A DNA stretch of 64,000 bases from Stylophora pistillata (Eukaryota): the NCBI RefSeq assembly GCF_002571385.2, contig NW_019217905.1, positions 348,049-412,048 on the forward strand, written 5' to 3'. The notes under the pieces are model-generated. The model worked only from the letters and a program-made list of their open reading frames with translations, was not told the origin of the DNA and searched no databases. Both the position numbers and the translations under genes were made by a program. Positions 41,463-56,175 of this stretch are shown here, piece after piece (position 1 is the stretch's first letter; each line of letters begins with the position of its first letter).

Positions 41463-43260
41463 CGTGATGCAATTTTTTTCTTGAATTTCTTGCAAGCTAG
41501 TTACTGAGGATAGTATGTATATTGACATTAATTATATTTACGATCTGTATTTCATTCTCCTTTGCTTCTGCTCTATGGTTTTGCTTTTGTTGTACAGCCT
41601 CGTAAACGATAAATGATAGAAACTACAATAAAATTGATAGATATTGTTAAAGGGAGGGAAAGTACCTGAACGTTTCGTTGCCTTGAAAAAAATTTATTAT
41701 TTGAATTGCCTTAAGCGGACATGTAGTCCTCGAGTTTGCACACCTAGAAACCACCTCTTTGCAATCCAACAACTTTACCAAAACCTTACGTAACAAACCA
41801 AAGGTGTGATTCTTACATTAAACAGAAATTTTTCAATTATTGTTAGGGTAAAAACAACGTATCGAGAATTGGCGTCTTCGATGGCAGAGAAATCTAGAAA
41901 CTCGCCACAAAATTAATATTGATCGAACTCCCTTCTCAAGGCGTTTGTGCGGTCGAAGGTGTCAAATTTTGTTGTGAACCGCAGTCTTCCACTTGTCTGC
42001 TCGATCAAGCTAGATAAATAGGAGTTTCACTACAATAAGAGGGCTTTTTTCCTACGAGGGCCACGCTCGAAAGCTGAATTTTTAATTTGTGTACTCGAAA
42101 CTATTTTGCTCCTACCTGGAGATCGTGTTCAAATTGCTAGTGGCGTACTTCCATATGCCCGCTTTGGTTTCACCATTTCAGCCTATATGTTTCAATCAGA
42201 GGGTAAAAAGATATTTAGAAAACAAAACCGAGTCTCTTTCAAACTAAATCTTCACTGCAAACCGTAGATCGATGTCATCCCTCAAGTACTCAATGCGTCC
42301 AGTCTTCCCACTGAAAGTTCACTGAGCACAGTTAACGAAACGTTGCATTTCAGTCCAGGGGACCTCCATCTACCATGGAAAACATATTCATGGACTTCTT
42401 CGATCAAAATTATCCTTTAAGTTCCTTCTCCATACTGGAAGAGCTTTGCCTCCCCTCCAGCCCGCTAACTCAGGCATAAGCTAGTGAGCTGCCTGTCACA
42501 CGGTGATGTCCTTCCTTATATAATATGACTGCAAATCTTGGTATCTTGAAATGGATTTTTTTTTTATTTACAACAATACGTAAAGGCAGGTGATTGGTTG
42601 GCTTAAAATCATGAGAGTGGTGGAGCCATTGACTGAGTTATGATCACGTGTCTGTCACAGTTTTCACCTGGTGCCCCATGCATAGGTGGTTTTGCATTAA
42701 GGACAGCTGTGGACTTGAAGGAAAATATTTTAATACCAAACAGTTATGGATGATAGTTTCGAAATTTTGTTCTCGGAAAGATTGAAAATATTTTTCTGTG
42801 ACAATCATAATTGACCTTTAAAAACCCTTTAACTGTCTCTGTGCAGTTTATGTTGTTGGACAGTGATTATTTTCTGCGCTCTGCTTAAGGCATGATATGC
42901 TATTATTATCTGCCCTTCATTGCAGCTTTCAAGCCTAAACAAGAGAGTAACATTTCACAACTAAAACTAAGTGGTGTGATTGTTAATGGTTTTAGGCAAC
43001 TACTATGTTATTAACTTGGACTATTTCTTTTGTGGGCAAGGTTGGCACAACTCTAAAGTTATTTTTTGACCTGGAATTGAATGTGAAGTTTCTTGTGACC
43101 AAAGTGATTCAAGGGAATTGCATGACACAGTTGCCAGCAATGGGCTCACAGAGATGTGCTAAACTAGAACAAATTATTCTTGAAAGAGCTCAGTTTGACA
43201 AAGTTTTTGGAGGAAAAGACTGGGGTAAAAAGTGTGGATAACAAATCCTGTATCACCTCT

Positions 43261-43735
43261 CAGGGCTCGAATTTAATTTTTTGATCACTAACCCTTCGGG
43301 TTAGTAGACGTCCTTTTCATTAACCAAATTATAAAGTTTGGTATCCAAGCTGACAAGTTTCGATATCTCAAATATTGAACATTTCGATAATAATGACTAG
43401 GACAAATTAAAGAGTAGCTGAAATTACATGGTGACCTGAAAACTGTTGACAATTATGCACCTATTTTATTTCCCTCGCGTTTGCTGTGATTAGTCAAGAA
43501 CAGTACGTCTACAGCACATTCTCTAAAAAGAGATTAAGTTCATTTAACAATTTGAGTATTCTAAGTTTTCCTCTGAGTGTTGGGTCTACACATGTTCTGT
43601 CCCGAAGTCCACCAATGTTTAAATATGTTAGAAAATTTTACTAACCATGTCGGGTTAGTTGGACACATTTTTAGTAACCAAATGTCGAAAATTACTAACC
43701 AATGGTTAACGGGTTACTGTTAATTTCGAGCCCTG
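43261..43735. mobile_element. MITE with CAGGGCTCGAA TIRs and 5-bp TSD CCTCT (hAT5-like)
   Basis: cctct|CAGGGCTCGAA ... TTCGAGCCCTG|cctct, with subterminal actaacc/ggttagt repeats. Confidence 0.85.
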
Positions 43736-46105
43736 CCTCTCGAAAGATTGGTGATCACTAGTACGCAAGTATATGGTCTTTATCCATGTTTACTTAAAAC
43801 AAAAATCTGCGTTTTCTACTTGCTTTAGGTAGAAATACATGTGTTAATTCAAATGTAGTCAAACAAAATATATTTCTTACTGAGGTAGATGATTGCTTTG
43901 CGATAGGTCAACAAGAAGTGATAGACCGTGTTGATAACAACTTTGTATAATTTATCACTCAAGGTTCATAAACCAAATTGGTGAACTATGCAGGATTGAG
44001 ATCACAGCAATACTGAAATTTAGAAGTTATTCAATGATTTAAAGCATAAAATCTGAGAAACTCTGCAATATTGTGAACCTTACAAATTTCCCCCTTACTA
44101 TGAGTGGTAACTTTTCATTTAAATTTTTGTATCAGTAAAGAGATTGTAGGAGAAGTGTGTTTTATAAAAATTGCAGAATCAACCTTTTTTGTACGTTTTG
44201 TCATGAACTCTACTGCAACAACAATTTCGGTATCATTTGTGTATAGGAAAGTTCTGCCATCGATATTTTCACTCAAGTGATCACTATTTGAAAAGGGTAA
44301 CACATTACAGCTTCAATTATTGTTGCTATTTGAAACACAATAACTATAACCTGTCACCGAGTTTACCACACAACAGAACTTAAAGCTGGTTGATTGAGGT
44401 TTAACTGGCAAACAGATGTAATTTTTGTGTTTTTAAGCAAACAGAGGCATGTGTAAGGAAATTGCTGAGTGTGTTCCCTTTGTTGTTTTGGTTTGTAAAT
44501 TAATATTTTTTCTGTCTCCCTTCTCATTTGACTTTGATTATAGCATTAAGAACAAACTCCTTGGGAGACAACTTTCTTATCTAATTGTGATGTTATTAGA
44601 CTGCACATTTCCTTACACTGTATTCTTTCTTCATCGAACATAAAACCACTGCTAGCTCCCTGGTGTTCCATTACTTCAACAGTACCACAAGCCTCAATGA
44701 ATTATGGCAGGGTGCCAGTTTAAGAACATTCCAGCCATTCAAGACTTAAGGTCACATCCGTAGTTGACAACTCTCCAGTTAATTCCACTCATAAAGGATT
44801 TTCATTTGCATAATTTTTATTCAAAGATTTAGGCATTCATGTATAAATTTATGAGCTAGAATTTTGAATGGCTATTTTTGCATTAAATATCAGTCTGTTC
44901 ATGTTTTCAAAGATGCAAATTAGTTCTATTAATGGTGTATTTAAATTGTTGCATCACCAAACAGTAACAAAATAGTCCACATAAAAATTTGTTTTGATAG
45001 AAATGATAACAATGTTCTTGATGAATCTAATTGGCACAGTCCAACAATGAATTGTTGCTTGACCAAAGTCACTTAACAAGTCTCTGTGATGTTATTGTCT
45101 TGTATGATTAAAATAGTGATCCTCCAGCTCATTTTAAGTGCCTTAGAGTAGTACATGTGTGAATTCGAGGAGATGAGGCTTTGCGTCGTGAAAGAATGTT
45201 TGAAGGAGAGAAAATCTACACTCCAGGTGTATTAATAATAAAATTGTGTGGTTTTATTTTAAGTCAGATACATTTAACCTTAGAAACCTCTAAAAGTCAC
45301 CATCATCTAATTTGTCCTCACTGTAAAAAGCTGAATCTTTCATTAAGATCATGAAAATAAAGTAAATCATTACCAATCTTCTGTCATTACCAGAGGAAAT
45401 GTATAGAGAATAGTGCAGAGAATATATTGTTAGCACTGTTAGGGTGTAAAGGGTTAATGATTTTTTTGACTTGTTTTAGCTGACCCTTTCTCTCTTGAAT
45501 ATTCTTGGATACACACAGTAAAATTACATATAGTTTGAAGTGATTATTAGCTACACAAAGATCTTGGCACGGTATTGCCTCACTTCAATTTACTTATAGT
45601 TGCAAGGAATAAAAAGCATTGCAGTTGCCAACATTGGTTGGCTTTCTTTTTTTTACACCTGGGTGGGTGACTTGTAGACCTTAGTATTCAATGTAAAAGG
45701 ATGAGAACAGGGTAAATGAAAAACTATTTTCATGATTGAGTTGTGTTTTGAGTTGAATTTCCAGTCAGGATGACTTTGCAAGGTGTGTTTAGAAATGTAA
45801 AAGTAATGAAAATAATACTAACATTGTGATTTGAAAAAAAACAGGCCTCTGTTTTCATTCTTTGTCTTACCTTTTGATCCTGTATCAGTTTACTTTCTGT
45901 GTATTATTTTTGGGGGTGTACATGTTTATTTGGTTGAAAGAAAAGGAAAGGTAAGCAAATTTGAGAGGGTCATTTTGTTATTGAGGTTTCACTTGAGCAT
46001 GTTTGTGATGAGTGTGATTTTACTTGACTGTTTAGGGAGTAAAAGAACATTGAATATTTGGCTGAACAATTGAATTTGGTGAAGCTGAAGAACCTTGGAC
46101 CAGCC

Positions 46106-49100
46106 ATGAATTGGAATACCCCTGGAGCAGAGGCATTTCCTCCCAAGGTACTCAACTTTTACAGACTTGTTTTTTTTGTGGTCCATATTTTACCACAAGT
46201 GATGCAAGAAGTGTGGAAGAAGTTGATGGACCTTTCACTGACCTTTCATAGCTTTGATGCTGCTCAAGCTGTGAGAGATGTTGGCCCTGTAAAAAATGGT
46301 ACTGTGATCCACCTTGAAAGAGATTGTGTGAGTCTGTTTAAAGCCATCCTCAATACTAAAGTTCATGCTCAACCAAATAAGTCAGGAGAGTTGAGTTCAT
46401 TACATGAGTTATATGTCAAACCTTGCAGTGGAAAATTCCATGACAGTATTCAAAGTCCCACAGGAAACAAAGCAGAGACAGTAGCTTTAGTGGTAGATCA
46501 ACTTCGTTTGTTACAGAATGCAATTTGTCGAGAAGCTGAAACTGAAATGGTTGATGAGGATAAATTTGATTACCTCATAACATTAGCACGAGATGCTTTC
46601 AAAGCTCTTGACCTAGATGTTTCCCTGATTGACAAGTTTGTTAAGTTGAGTGAAGAAGACTTTCCCTCAGAGAAATGTAAGCAATTGCAAGAGCGATTAA
46701 AGGCAGAAAGCTATTATGCAGGACAGATCAAGGATTTGATTGTTAACTTTATCGAGGTTAAATCTGAAGACCAAAATGAGACTTGCAGACCTAACTTTCA
46801 GTGCATTTGTGATGAGCAACATAATGAATCTTTGTTATCAGTTGGCTCAACAGCATCCCTGAACTCACTTCCTGCAAGTCCTAGTGATGCAAGAGCAAAT
46901 ATACCAGATTACCCCCCAAAGTGGTCACCATCTGCATTTGAAGAAGTGTCTATTGAATTGAAAGAGAACACTGACCACACTAGAACTCCATTTGATGCTT
47001 CACCAAAGCTATTAGCAGACGATGAGGGGATGTCAAGAAATGAAGAAGGTTTGCAGACGAAAGAAGATCACAATGAGGCAGGAAATGTCTCTGTGGATGA
47101 TGGCATTGAGAAGAGTGACCAAGAGGGCCAACAGAGTGAACAGTGTAATGGCACATGCCCATGCTGTGGAAGAAATAGTATTGTCATTAGCCAATGCAAT
47201 GACAGAGTTAATGCTGCTAACAGCTTAATTATTCAGTTACAAGATGATGTTATTGCCTATCAGGATCAGTGTCCTAAACAAGAGGATGATATAAGTCAGT
47301 TGAAAGAGAAATTGACTAAAATTGAAGAGGAAAAACAAGGACTAGAAGCTGAGGTGGGACGGCAGTTGTTCCTTGAAAGTAAAGAAAAGCGTCGTACTGA
47401 GAAGATTTTTCAGTGGTTAGATGAACATGCCCATGAGCAGAGTATGCTTGTCAAAGCGAGAGGGGCATCTTATGAAGGGGAACTACTTCATGGTGCAGGT
47501 TCCATTGACAGATCAGGTAAAAAATTACACTTAAGTTGAAAAATTGTGAACATTTTCTTCTGACTTTGTGTAAACAGAAGCCATACCTTCCTGTAATCAT
47601 TCCTGACACTTTCTGATGAAAGGGCAAGTTATTTTAAAAATTTAATAGGTACAAGATTAAGGACTTGCTTTAGAAAATTAATTTTACCTGTTGATTTATG
47701 TGTCAAATCAAGAATATCATGGAAAGAAACGATTTTCCTTTCTGGAAATGATTTCTGATCATGAATGCAGGAAAATGCATCTCTGTAACTTGAGGATTTC
47801 AAATTTTTTGGGGGATCATGCCCCCCCCCTCCCTACTCAAGGAGACAAGGCCTTTTGGGTCTTGAGTTATATACAGTGGGTATGCTCAGGTGCAAAATCC
47901 ACATACCCTCCTCCTCCAAACCTTAATGGAACCCCTGAAACTTCCATTGCACTTTACTCAATTGGGAATAACAGTAATTTCTCAGTCTCAATGTGGCACT
48001 CATTTGGAGGGAGGCCTTTATTTAAGTTGATAGGGTGCATGACATGATATGCTGTGTGAAGGTGTAGTCTGATCGTCCCGGTGACTGTAGTCCTGAGAAG
48101 GACTGTTGTCGGTGGTAGTGACTGACGTTTTGATAACCTGTGCAGAAGTCATCATCAGAGTCAAGTGAATAATTGTTGTCAGTAGAATGTTCTTATTCCA
48201 GTTCGTGATATGCTGTGTCTATAGATATTTGGTAAATTACTGCAAAAAAAAAAAAAACAAACAAAAACAAAAACAAAAACAAAAAAAAAAGAGAAAAAGA
48301 AGTCATTTGTATCTCTACGTTATTGGACTTTATTTTGATTAAAAAATATGAGTAATACCAAATCTCTTGAATGAGATTGTTAAGTAAGTAGAGCTACACT
48401 TTTCAGGATGAGGATATGTTTTGCTTTGATTTTGTTATGGAAATTTTGGAGATAATTGATTTGTTGGGATACAGTATGTTTTAGTAAGAATATAATTCTT
48501 TTCATCTTGCAGAGCAACTTATTACTTCAAGCGATGAAAATGGAGATTTTTTTGGGAGAGACACTTTTTCTTGTTTAGAAGGAAATCTGGGAGATGAAGG
48601 GCCTGATAGGTCCTTAAATGAAGCTGATGAAACTTTTGATGAATTGGAAGAATTTGGAGAAAGTAGTGAAACTAGTGTATGTAACTATTCCAATGGAAAC
48701 ACATATAACAATGGTAGTGATTTTACATCCTCTAATTTAAATGCAAATGATTTACCTGACTCAAATTCTGTTACAGGCATTAGTAATTCAAGATTATCAA
48801 CTGAGAGTTGTGATTCAGTTTCTAGTTTATCACAGTCATCAATCAATTCTGCTGATAATGCACTGCCATCAACTGGAGATACATGCTCAATTACTACTAC
48901 ACTGAATTTTGATCAGGCTGGAAAAGCTTGGGAGAGTTCGGGCAAAAATGTGTTCGATGTCATGAGTAGTGGTATGGAGAACCAAGAAAGGTCTTTGTCA
49001 TCATTCATAGCAAATAAAGATTTTGAAAGTGAAGAGGTGAAAAGCGGGTGTGCTGCAAACTGTGCAAGAGAAAGGGAAGACCTAACTAGCTTTAATGGTT

Positions 49101-52100
49101 TTTGCAATGGTGATCTTGTAGATGGTCCTGTCAGTATTCCAAATAGAACTCAAGGTAGTTTAAAGCAAGTAGCAGTACCTAGTGCAAATCAAGGTCCACT
49201 TCCACATAGAGATACAACTCAGAACCAAAATCTCTCAGGTGCAGTGACTGCTCACCAAATAGATACAGTAATAATTCAGGGTGATTGTTACTCAAGCAAT
49301 CAGTCAAATAAATGGGAACATTCAGGGGCCAGACCAAGAGACAGACCCCCCAAAGGAAATAGATCCTTAGAACCAACTTCGCTCTACTCCTCATTGGTTG
49401 ACCTGGTTCCTCGACAAGTTTCGGGAGTGGCCAATGCATTCTTAGCAAGACATTCTGAAGACAAAGATCTTCATGAAAGTTTGTATTACAATGATGCAGA
49501 GAGGATGTTGGGTGAAGAAGTTTCATTACAAGGAGCTAATTCTTATATAGGGGGCATGTCAAACTTGGCCAACTTAAACAGAGCAAAACTGTACCCAGGT
49601 GACTGTCAAGTTGTTCCAAGGCCAGATCCAACATATTACCCATCATATTCTTCAGTGTTTCCTCTGACTGGTGGAGCATCTATCAGAGGAAATGGTGAAG
49701 ATGGCAACTTATTACTTAATAGCATATTTAATTGTAATTCAGTACTTCTACCTGGATCCTTATACAGTTATGTTGGAGGTAATACGAGCACAACACAAAC
49801 TGATATGAGCACTAATTATGTAGCAAATGACTTTGCACTAGACACAAGAGAGCCTCAACTACTCCAAGATGAGCAATTTTCATCTTTGCATAGGAGTGAT
49901 ATTTTACTGTCAGGGCTCACTGGCTCAAGATTGACTTCTGATGTTACAGGGATTACACGAACTCAAATGACACATTCTGTACTTGGTACTCAAAATAATT
50001 TAGGGTTGACTGGGACCACATCAATTTTACCCTCAGAGTCTTTGCAAATGCAAGCATCTGGTAGTGCTCAAACTTATGGTAACCAGCCAAATGCTTCAAC
50101 AGTTGTTCTAACTTCATCTTTAGCAGCAAGGGCTGATGGATCTGACAGCATACTATTATCAGGGTTAGAACCCGGTAGAAGTACTAATATGTCACCAGTC
50201 TCTTCAATCAGGAATGGTGTGAATACATCAGGGCAAAGAATTGTAAACAATGCATTGAACACAGTTGGTGGTCATTTGGCCTCTGGAACCTATAGAGAAG
50301 GAAACAGTAATGGTAGTTCTTCAGACTCTTGCTTAACATCTGGTGCTAATATAGGAGGAGATCAAGATCAACATTCTGGCCAGTCTGAGGGTTCAGCACC
50401 CAATAGGAACTATGGCATTGAGTCAGCGGAGTCCACTGACAACTCCTTGCTTGAATTGGAACAGCGTGTGGAAGAAGCATGACCTATGGTTGAAAGAGTG
50501 CTTCGAGAAAGAGAAGAAAGAGAAGAGTTTGGACGAGAAATTGAAAGAAAAGAGCATGAAATACGAGCAGAAAGAGCACAGAAGAAGAGAGAAAGAGAGG
50601 CAAGGGAGCTAGAGGAAGCCAGAGGATGGCCTCAACAGCAGGAACCAGTTACTGGACAGTCTTTGTGGCTTTGTGAACATTACCAACGTCATTGTAGAGT
50701 TCGTTTTCCTTGCTGTACCAACTTCTATTCATGCCACCGTTGCCATAACAATTCCAAAGAATGTGACAATGAGGAAGCTAAAGCAAGTCATGCAACTCAC
50801 CTTAAATGCAGCTATTGTCATCATGAACAAGAGGTAAATAAAGGCTTTTTTGTTGCATTGTAAGTCATAACTATTATTGGTAAATTTTGAAGTTTTTTCA
50901 AGCTGCACTGTGGATTATATTCACTGCACTCTAGTCCATATGTTTGGTGTTTAAAACATCACAGGTTGCCACACAATTGGCAACAAAAATGGATAATCTT
51001 AAGGCACTGCTCTCTGTTATAATAGTAATGAGATAAATTTGTGCCAATGCATCATTTTAACTGATCCTACAAGTGATATACTGTAATTTACCTGGTGAAA
51101 CTAAATTATTTTCCCAATCAGCAAATAAACTTTTTCTCCCTTTTTTTTCAGATTGGTGAAGACAGTGCCAAGTGTCGTAGCTGTGGAGCAAAGGTGTCAG
51201 CTTATTTTTGTGGAATCTGCAAGCATTTTACAAGCATTGACAAAAACCCCTATCATTGTGAGAAATGTGGGATATGTAGGTAAGTTACCTTTTAGACAGA
51301 ATTTTTGAAGAATCACTCTCAGATTAAGTTGGCTGGTTTACAGTTGACTCACCCACTGACCAACTCACACATTCCAACTGACACACATAATGAACCAACT
51401 TGCACATCTTAATAGATATACTCACACAGGCTTTATGTTATCTAGAGATCCATGGAACTTTTTAGAGTTGTTATTGAGCTTTTAGATGTTGTTGACCACA
51501 TGAAAATTGAGGTGGGCTAACACACATGTTAATAGCCAGTGTTGATTACAGGAAAATGCATACCAGACAAATTTTGAGAAAAGAAAAAATTACTTCTATG
51601 AACTTGTCCCACATACTTCATGAATATTTGCTTGACTTCTCCTCCTTTCTGAAATCCAAACCTTTATACTTTCAAACATATTGTGGCTCTAACCTTTCTT
51701 GCTCAATATATGACAGGCAGATTGAGCACTTCATGTGGAGAATTGTTAGATCCAAAATGCAAAGCTTACACAAGTTGGAGATTTTCATGCACTTAGTAAT
51801 GTTTATCTGGCCAAATAGGCAGTATTGAAGCATGTAGGAAGGTGATTTTAAGCATGTGCAAGTATATTTTGTTACATGACTTGTGTAAGTTGGTTCATTA
51901 TGTGTGCAAGTTGGCATGTGTGAATTGACTGGCTACTAGTTGGCTACAGCTTTATAATTTTATGTCCTAAATATGTATCACTGAGGAGTGTTGTAAAATG
52001 GATAAAATGCTATCCAAGAGTAATTACTGCCTCTACCAAATGAAGGGTGATTGCCCTTGGTATCCAAGGGCACCCACCATGTACAGTCAGCCACCAGATG

Positions 52101-54065
52101 AAACATTCCTCCTCTTGCTGTTAAATTCCTGCTACTTAGCATTGGGCACCTACTATAATGTAGATCATGGGAAATATTGAAAGGGTGTTGTGGGGTGGGG
52201 GAACCCCTAAAGTGGGCGGTACAAACTACCTAAGAGTGAAAGATAACCACTACTAGACCTTTTCTTAAATGCTGAGCTCCAATTTGAATAAAGTCATAAT
52301 ATTTCAACTGAGCCAGCACTTTTGGTATTAACTTGCTGAGCAAGAATGTGTACTTAGCCCTTAGTAGTGGTTTAGTTTGTTAATTTGTCTATTTGAAGTA
52401 GACATATTTGATGAAGTTCTTATGTTTCATCAAAGTTCATTACTCTGCCAATTTTTTGTTTTTGTCTGGTTGATTTTTTGTTTTTAGCTCCATAATTTTC
52501 CACATCAGTTTGTTCGTGTTACTGAAGAGTGATTCTTTTGTTGTCATTTCATAGGATACACAAAGACAAATCTTTCCATTGTGATGTGTGTAATGTATGT
52601 CTTGACAAGCGTCTGCAAGGAAAACACAAGTGTAGACCAGACTCTGGCCATGATGAATGTTGTATTTGTCTTGAGGTGAGCTGTTACCTTAAAAAATACC
52701 AAACCTTAGGTTGTTTGTTGTCATGCACATTTCCATCTTCAGTGCCTACCTGTTGTACTATTTACATAGTGTTTCTCTTTTTTTTCACCACAAAACATGA
52801 CATGTGTGCAGCAACTACATTGCTTTTCCCACTACACAAGCACAAAATCATCCTATCTTACTTGTATCTTGATTGTTCTCTCTCTCTCTCTCTTGATAAT
52901 GTAGGATGCATTCAGCGGATGTCAAATTTTACCCTGCTCCCACAAAGTTCATCGGGAATGTGCAATAGCTATGATACAAAATGGGATGTAAGTATCCTTA
53001 TGATAATTTTTTCAATAACATACATAAATAAATGACTTGTAGATATGAATATACACGCATCAGCTTTTTGCATCAACTGATCTTCTTTTGTGGAACAGTT
53101 TTGGTTGCTGCCCCAGCTCTTACCTCTGTTTTAGCACTTGCTCCTAAATAGGGTTGAGGAAATGATGTGATGTTAGAATGATATCCTGTAGCTCTAACTA
53201 CCATTTATTTGTGACACCTACTTGCTGGGTAATATACTGTTCTTGCAGGGTAATCATTGGGAGATCAAAGAAATGTGTTGCCACTTTGCAGAATTCCTCA
53301 GCTACATTGCAGATTTCTGGGTCCCATTTTCTGTGGCCTGAGCTATTTTTTGTTAATTTGTGGAGAACAATTCTCTGTCCCTCCATGCTATCCTCCTGGT
53401 AATATTTTTATGTGTGAAAAGCCTGTATGGTGGTACATTACATCTACTTGAACATCACTTCTTGGAGTTTAAGAATTGAAATTGACTGGGTTTGAAAGCC
53501 AGGGTTGTAAGTACAGGTGTACATGTAGAGGCTTGTTCTGGTAGTCTTGTTTTTCATGTAGGGTTGAGGTTTTGGTGATCTGATTAATAAACTCCTAGCT
53601 TGTGCCATTCTTGATCATCTTTTTATATCCATTGGTTTGGCTAATTTTAGCTATGCACTTTCAGTCTAAGGGGCATCTGAGTCCAATCATAGGGTTGTAC
53701 AAAATTTTTTAGACCGATGTCATAAACGCAGTTTTATCTCATTTCCAGTTTTTATCAAGAACCTTTTAAACAAACAAGACCGAAACATTTTGAAGAAACT
53801 AAAGTCAACGGATTGCCACCCCTTGAAAGACCTCATTCCTGTCCAAAAGACATATGTACACAATCTTAGGAAAAAAGGCTGCGCACACCCGAAAATTAAT
53901 ACACAGCACTTTATGAACACCTTTGTAAATAGATTGATATTTAAGCTCCATTTATTGTGATGACATACTTTTTAATTCATAATATGTATGTAGATTTCTG
54001 TTGTAGTTTTTCCAAATTCATTGTAACATAAGATATGTAGTTTTATCTTATGATGGAATAAAGAC

Positions 54066-54104
<39 letters not shown>

Positions 54105-54181
54105 GATCATGTTTGTTTTTATCTTTTAGTCGAACCTGTCCAGTTTGCCGACATCCATTATACAGCCCAGCTCCTGAGTGA
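46106..54181 (+). CDS. RCHY1-like: Spliced RING-H2 + CHY zinc finger E3 ligase gene (RCHY1/Pirh2-like) with a long N-terminal extension; one in-frame TGA at 50480-50482
   Basis: Phase-consistent GT-AG exons: 46106-47516, 48513-50833, 51152-51279, 52555-52675, 52905-52987, 54130-54181. CHY CEHYQRHCRVRFPCC..YSCHRCH; CTCHY YFCGICK..YHCEKCGICR..FHCDVCNVC; RING CCIC..LPCSHKVHREC..TCPVCR. Confidence 0.88.
48059..48168 (-). repeat. Intronic antisense copy of the hammerhead repeat with a mutated core (GAAA to AAAA)
   Basis: The reverse complement reads ttgactCTGATGAtgacttctgcacaggttatcAAAAcgtcagtcactaccacc. Confidence 0.8.
51340..51945. mobile_element. Intronic element with imperfect TIRs
   Basis: cacacataatgaaccaact (~51383) versus agttggttcattatgtgtg (~51888), with flanking inverted similarity. 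Confidence 0.55.
53720..54103 (+). mobile_element. LINE 3' end (L2/Daphne-like) with (TTA)n tail, intronic
   Basis: Reads ..DCHPLKDLIP..HNLRKK..PKINTQHFMNTFVNRLIFK, then AATAAA and (TTA)n at 54068-54103. Confidence 0.7.
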
Positions 54182-56175
54182 ATAGACTTTGAACAGTCCC
54201 TTCTCTTCTGGGAAGTCTTTTGTGTGCCCAAAAAAAAATCGGTGAAAACAAAAAGTGACTGGTGAGCTGAAATCAATTTTTTCACTTAATTTCTTTTCAC
54301 TCGCATGACAGACTTTGCTGAGGAGGAGGGACTGCTTGTAGACTACTGAGTGAAAATCTACATTGAGGCATTCTCCAACAATGGTTTTACCACAGAGTAG
54401 AAAAGCAGATTTGGCAGTATTTTGCAAATTCTATGCTGACTACAGACTTAAAGGACAAGCCTCCCTTGAAGCAAGTAAAATGCAATAAGGAAATGATTTT
54501 CTTCCAAAGGAATCAAGAAATCACAGCACAGTGAATTTCATCACTTTAAGGAGCCAAGTAAGCTAGTCTTGGTGTAGAGACATTATGTGCAGTGGTAAAT
54601 GTGTTATACCGTGATAACTGGACATTCTAGTATCTGATAATTATCTTAATCCTGTTTGTTTTTGAAATTTTTTTGGCCTCCAGCGGGATGTGTATTTGTC
54701 AGCTTCAAAGTCAATAATGCTGTTTATGATCACTAGGTGCCCAAATAATTTTTTTGATCTGATTAATTATTTTTCCTAACCCTTCAACTCCTACGATCTA
54801 GTAATTTAATTCTTCCCTCAAGCTAGTACATATTCTTATAAGTCGATCATGAGAATTTGGTGTTAGGTCAAGATAATGTCTACCTAATAAGTTAGAGTAT
54901 TCTCATTACAAGTGTTCTGGGTGATTTATGACTTCTGAGTTTAAGGGTTAATAAGACTTAAAATATGAATATAAATTTTTATCTTTTCAGTGTACTTTCC
55001 CAGTGTTCACATTCTGTACAGCTCAACTTTGGCTGATGCATTTGTTGAGATTCTCTGGCACATCAATTGTTGCAATTACTAGGCTATTCAATCTGTTATG
55101 AAGAAATGGCTATGTAAATCATTGTATTTAATGCATTTTTCGAGTTTCCATGTTTTTTCTTTTAATCCTTTATTAATAGTTATTTAAGGCCATAAGTTTA
55201 CAAGGCTGTACGTTGCTTTGACAGACATTTAGAAGTTCATGTTTTGTTGTTAAAAGTGTCAAACCGAGTTTTTGAGCCAAATGCCTTTAGTAATTGGCCA
55301 GGCTATTAACTGTTGTATAGAAGGGAAGTTTGACTCATTTTCACAATTTTGAAAAATGTACCAAACCAAAACAGAATGAAGAAAAATGCAAATGAAAATT
55401 GTCAAGAAAAATTATTGCTTATTATAGTCAGAGATATATTTTTGATGAATTTAAAATATTTTATATTTATTTATTGTCTTCATTAAATGGAATGTTGAGT
55501 TGACATACACCCAGTTGTGCCAATTGAATGTATACATTTAGTTTTTGACTGAAAAGGTTATGTATTTGGTGAGAAATATTTTCTCCTTTTGAGTTTCAAT
55601 AACTTTAATGACGTTTGATTGATGGGGAATTTACTAATATGGAGTTAAGATTGTTTGTGGACTGTTTTTTTTTTTGTTTTTCTCACTTATTCACTCTTTG
55701 TCAAAGCCATCTTCCAGCCTCTTCATGGTTACACTTCGTCACACCCCTTTCCTCCCCCCCACAGAGTACATTTTGCCCCAGTTTCTCCAAGAATGGTCTG
55801 TTGGGGTGTTGATTTTCGAGAAAAAAAGATCAACTTGGCAATGGACCTCTTACAGTGTACCATCACAAGTAAAAGTTGTTCCTTTATAGGTAGACTTGGG
55901 TAGCTTTTTTTTGAAACCCAATTAACAGACGAGCCCCAGCATCCTCTGCAACTTCAATGCTTATATATAACAAAATGGCGGGTTTACCACTCGGAGGCGA
56001 TGAAATGCTAAAAGAACTGGGGATTGACATCAAGCAATCTTCAACATCAGAAGCAGAAGATTTAGGTTGAAGTCTTTTCATTTTAATTGCGAACTTGGAT
56101 TGAGATGGTCAGAGTTTGGCGTGATTTTTCTATCGACTCGGAAATCCGCTTGGTGGTTCAGGATGGGTAACAGGA

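Noticed and set aside
54182-55550. SECIS element supporting selenocysteine at TGA 50480
   Set aside because: I could not identify a convincing SECIS by eye; left untested.
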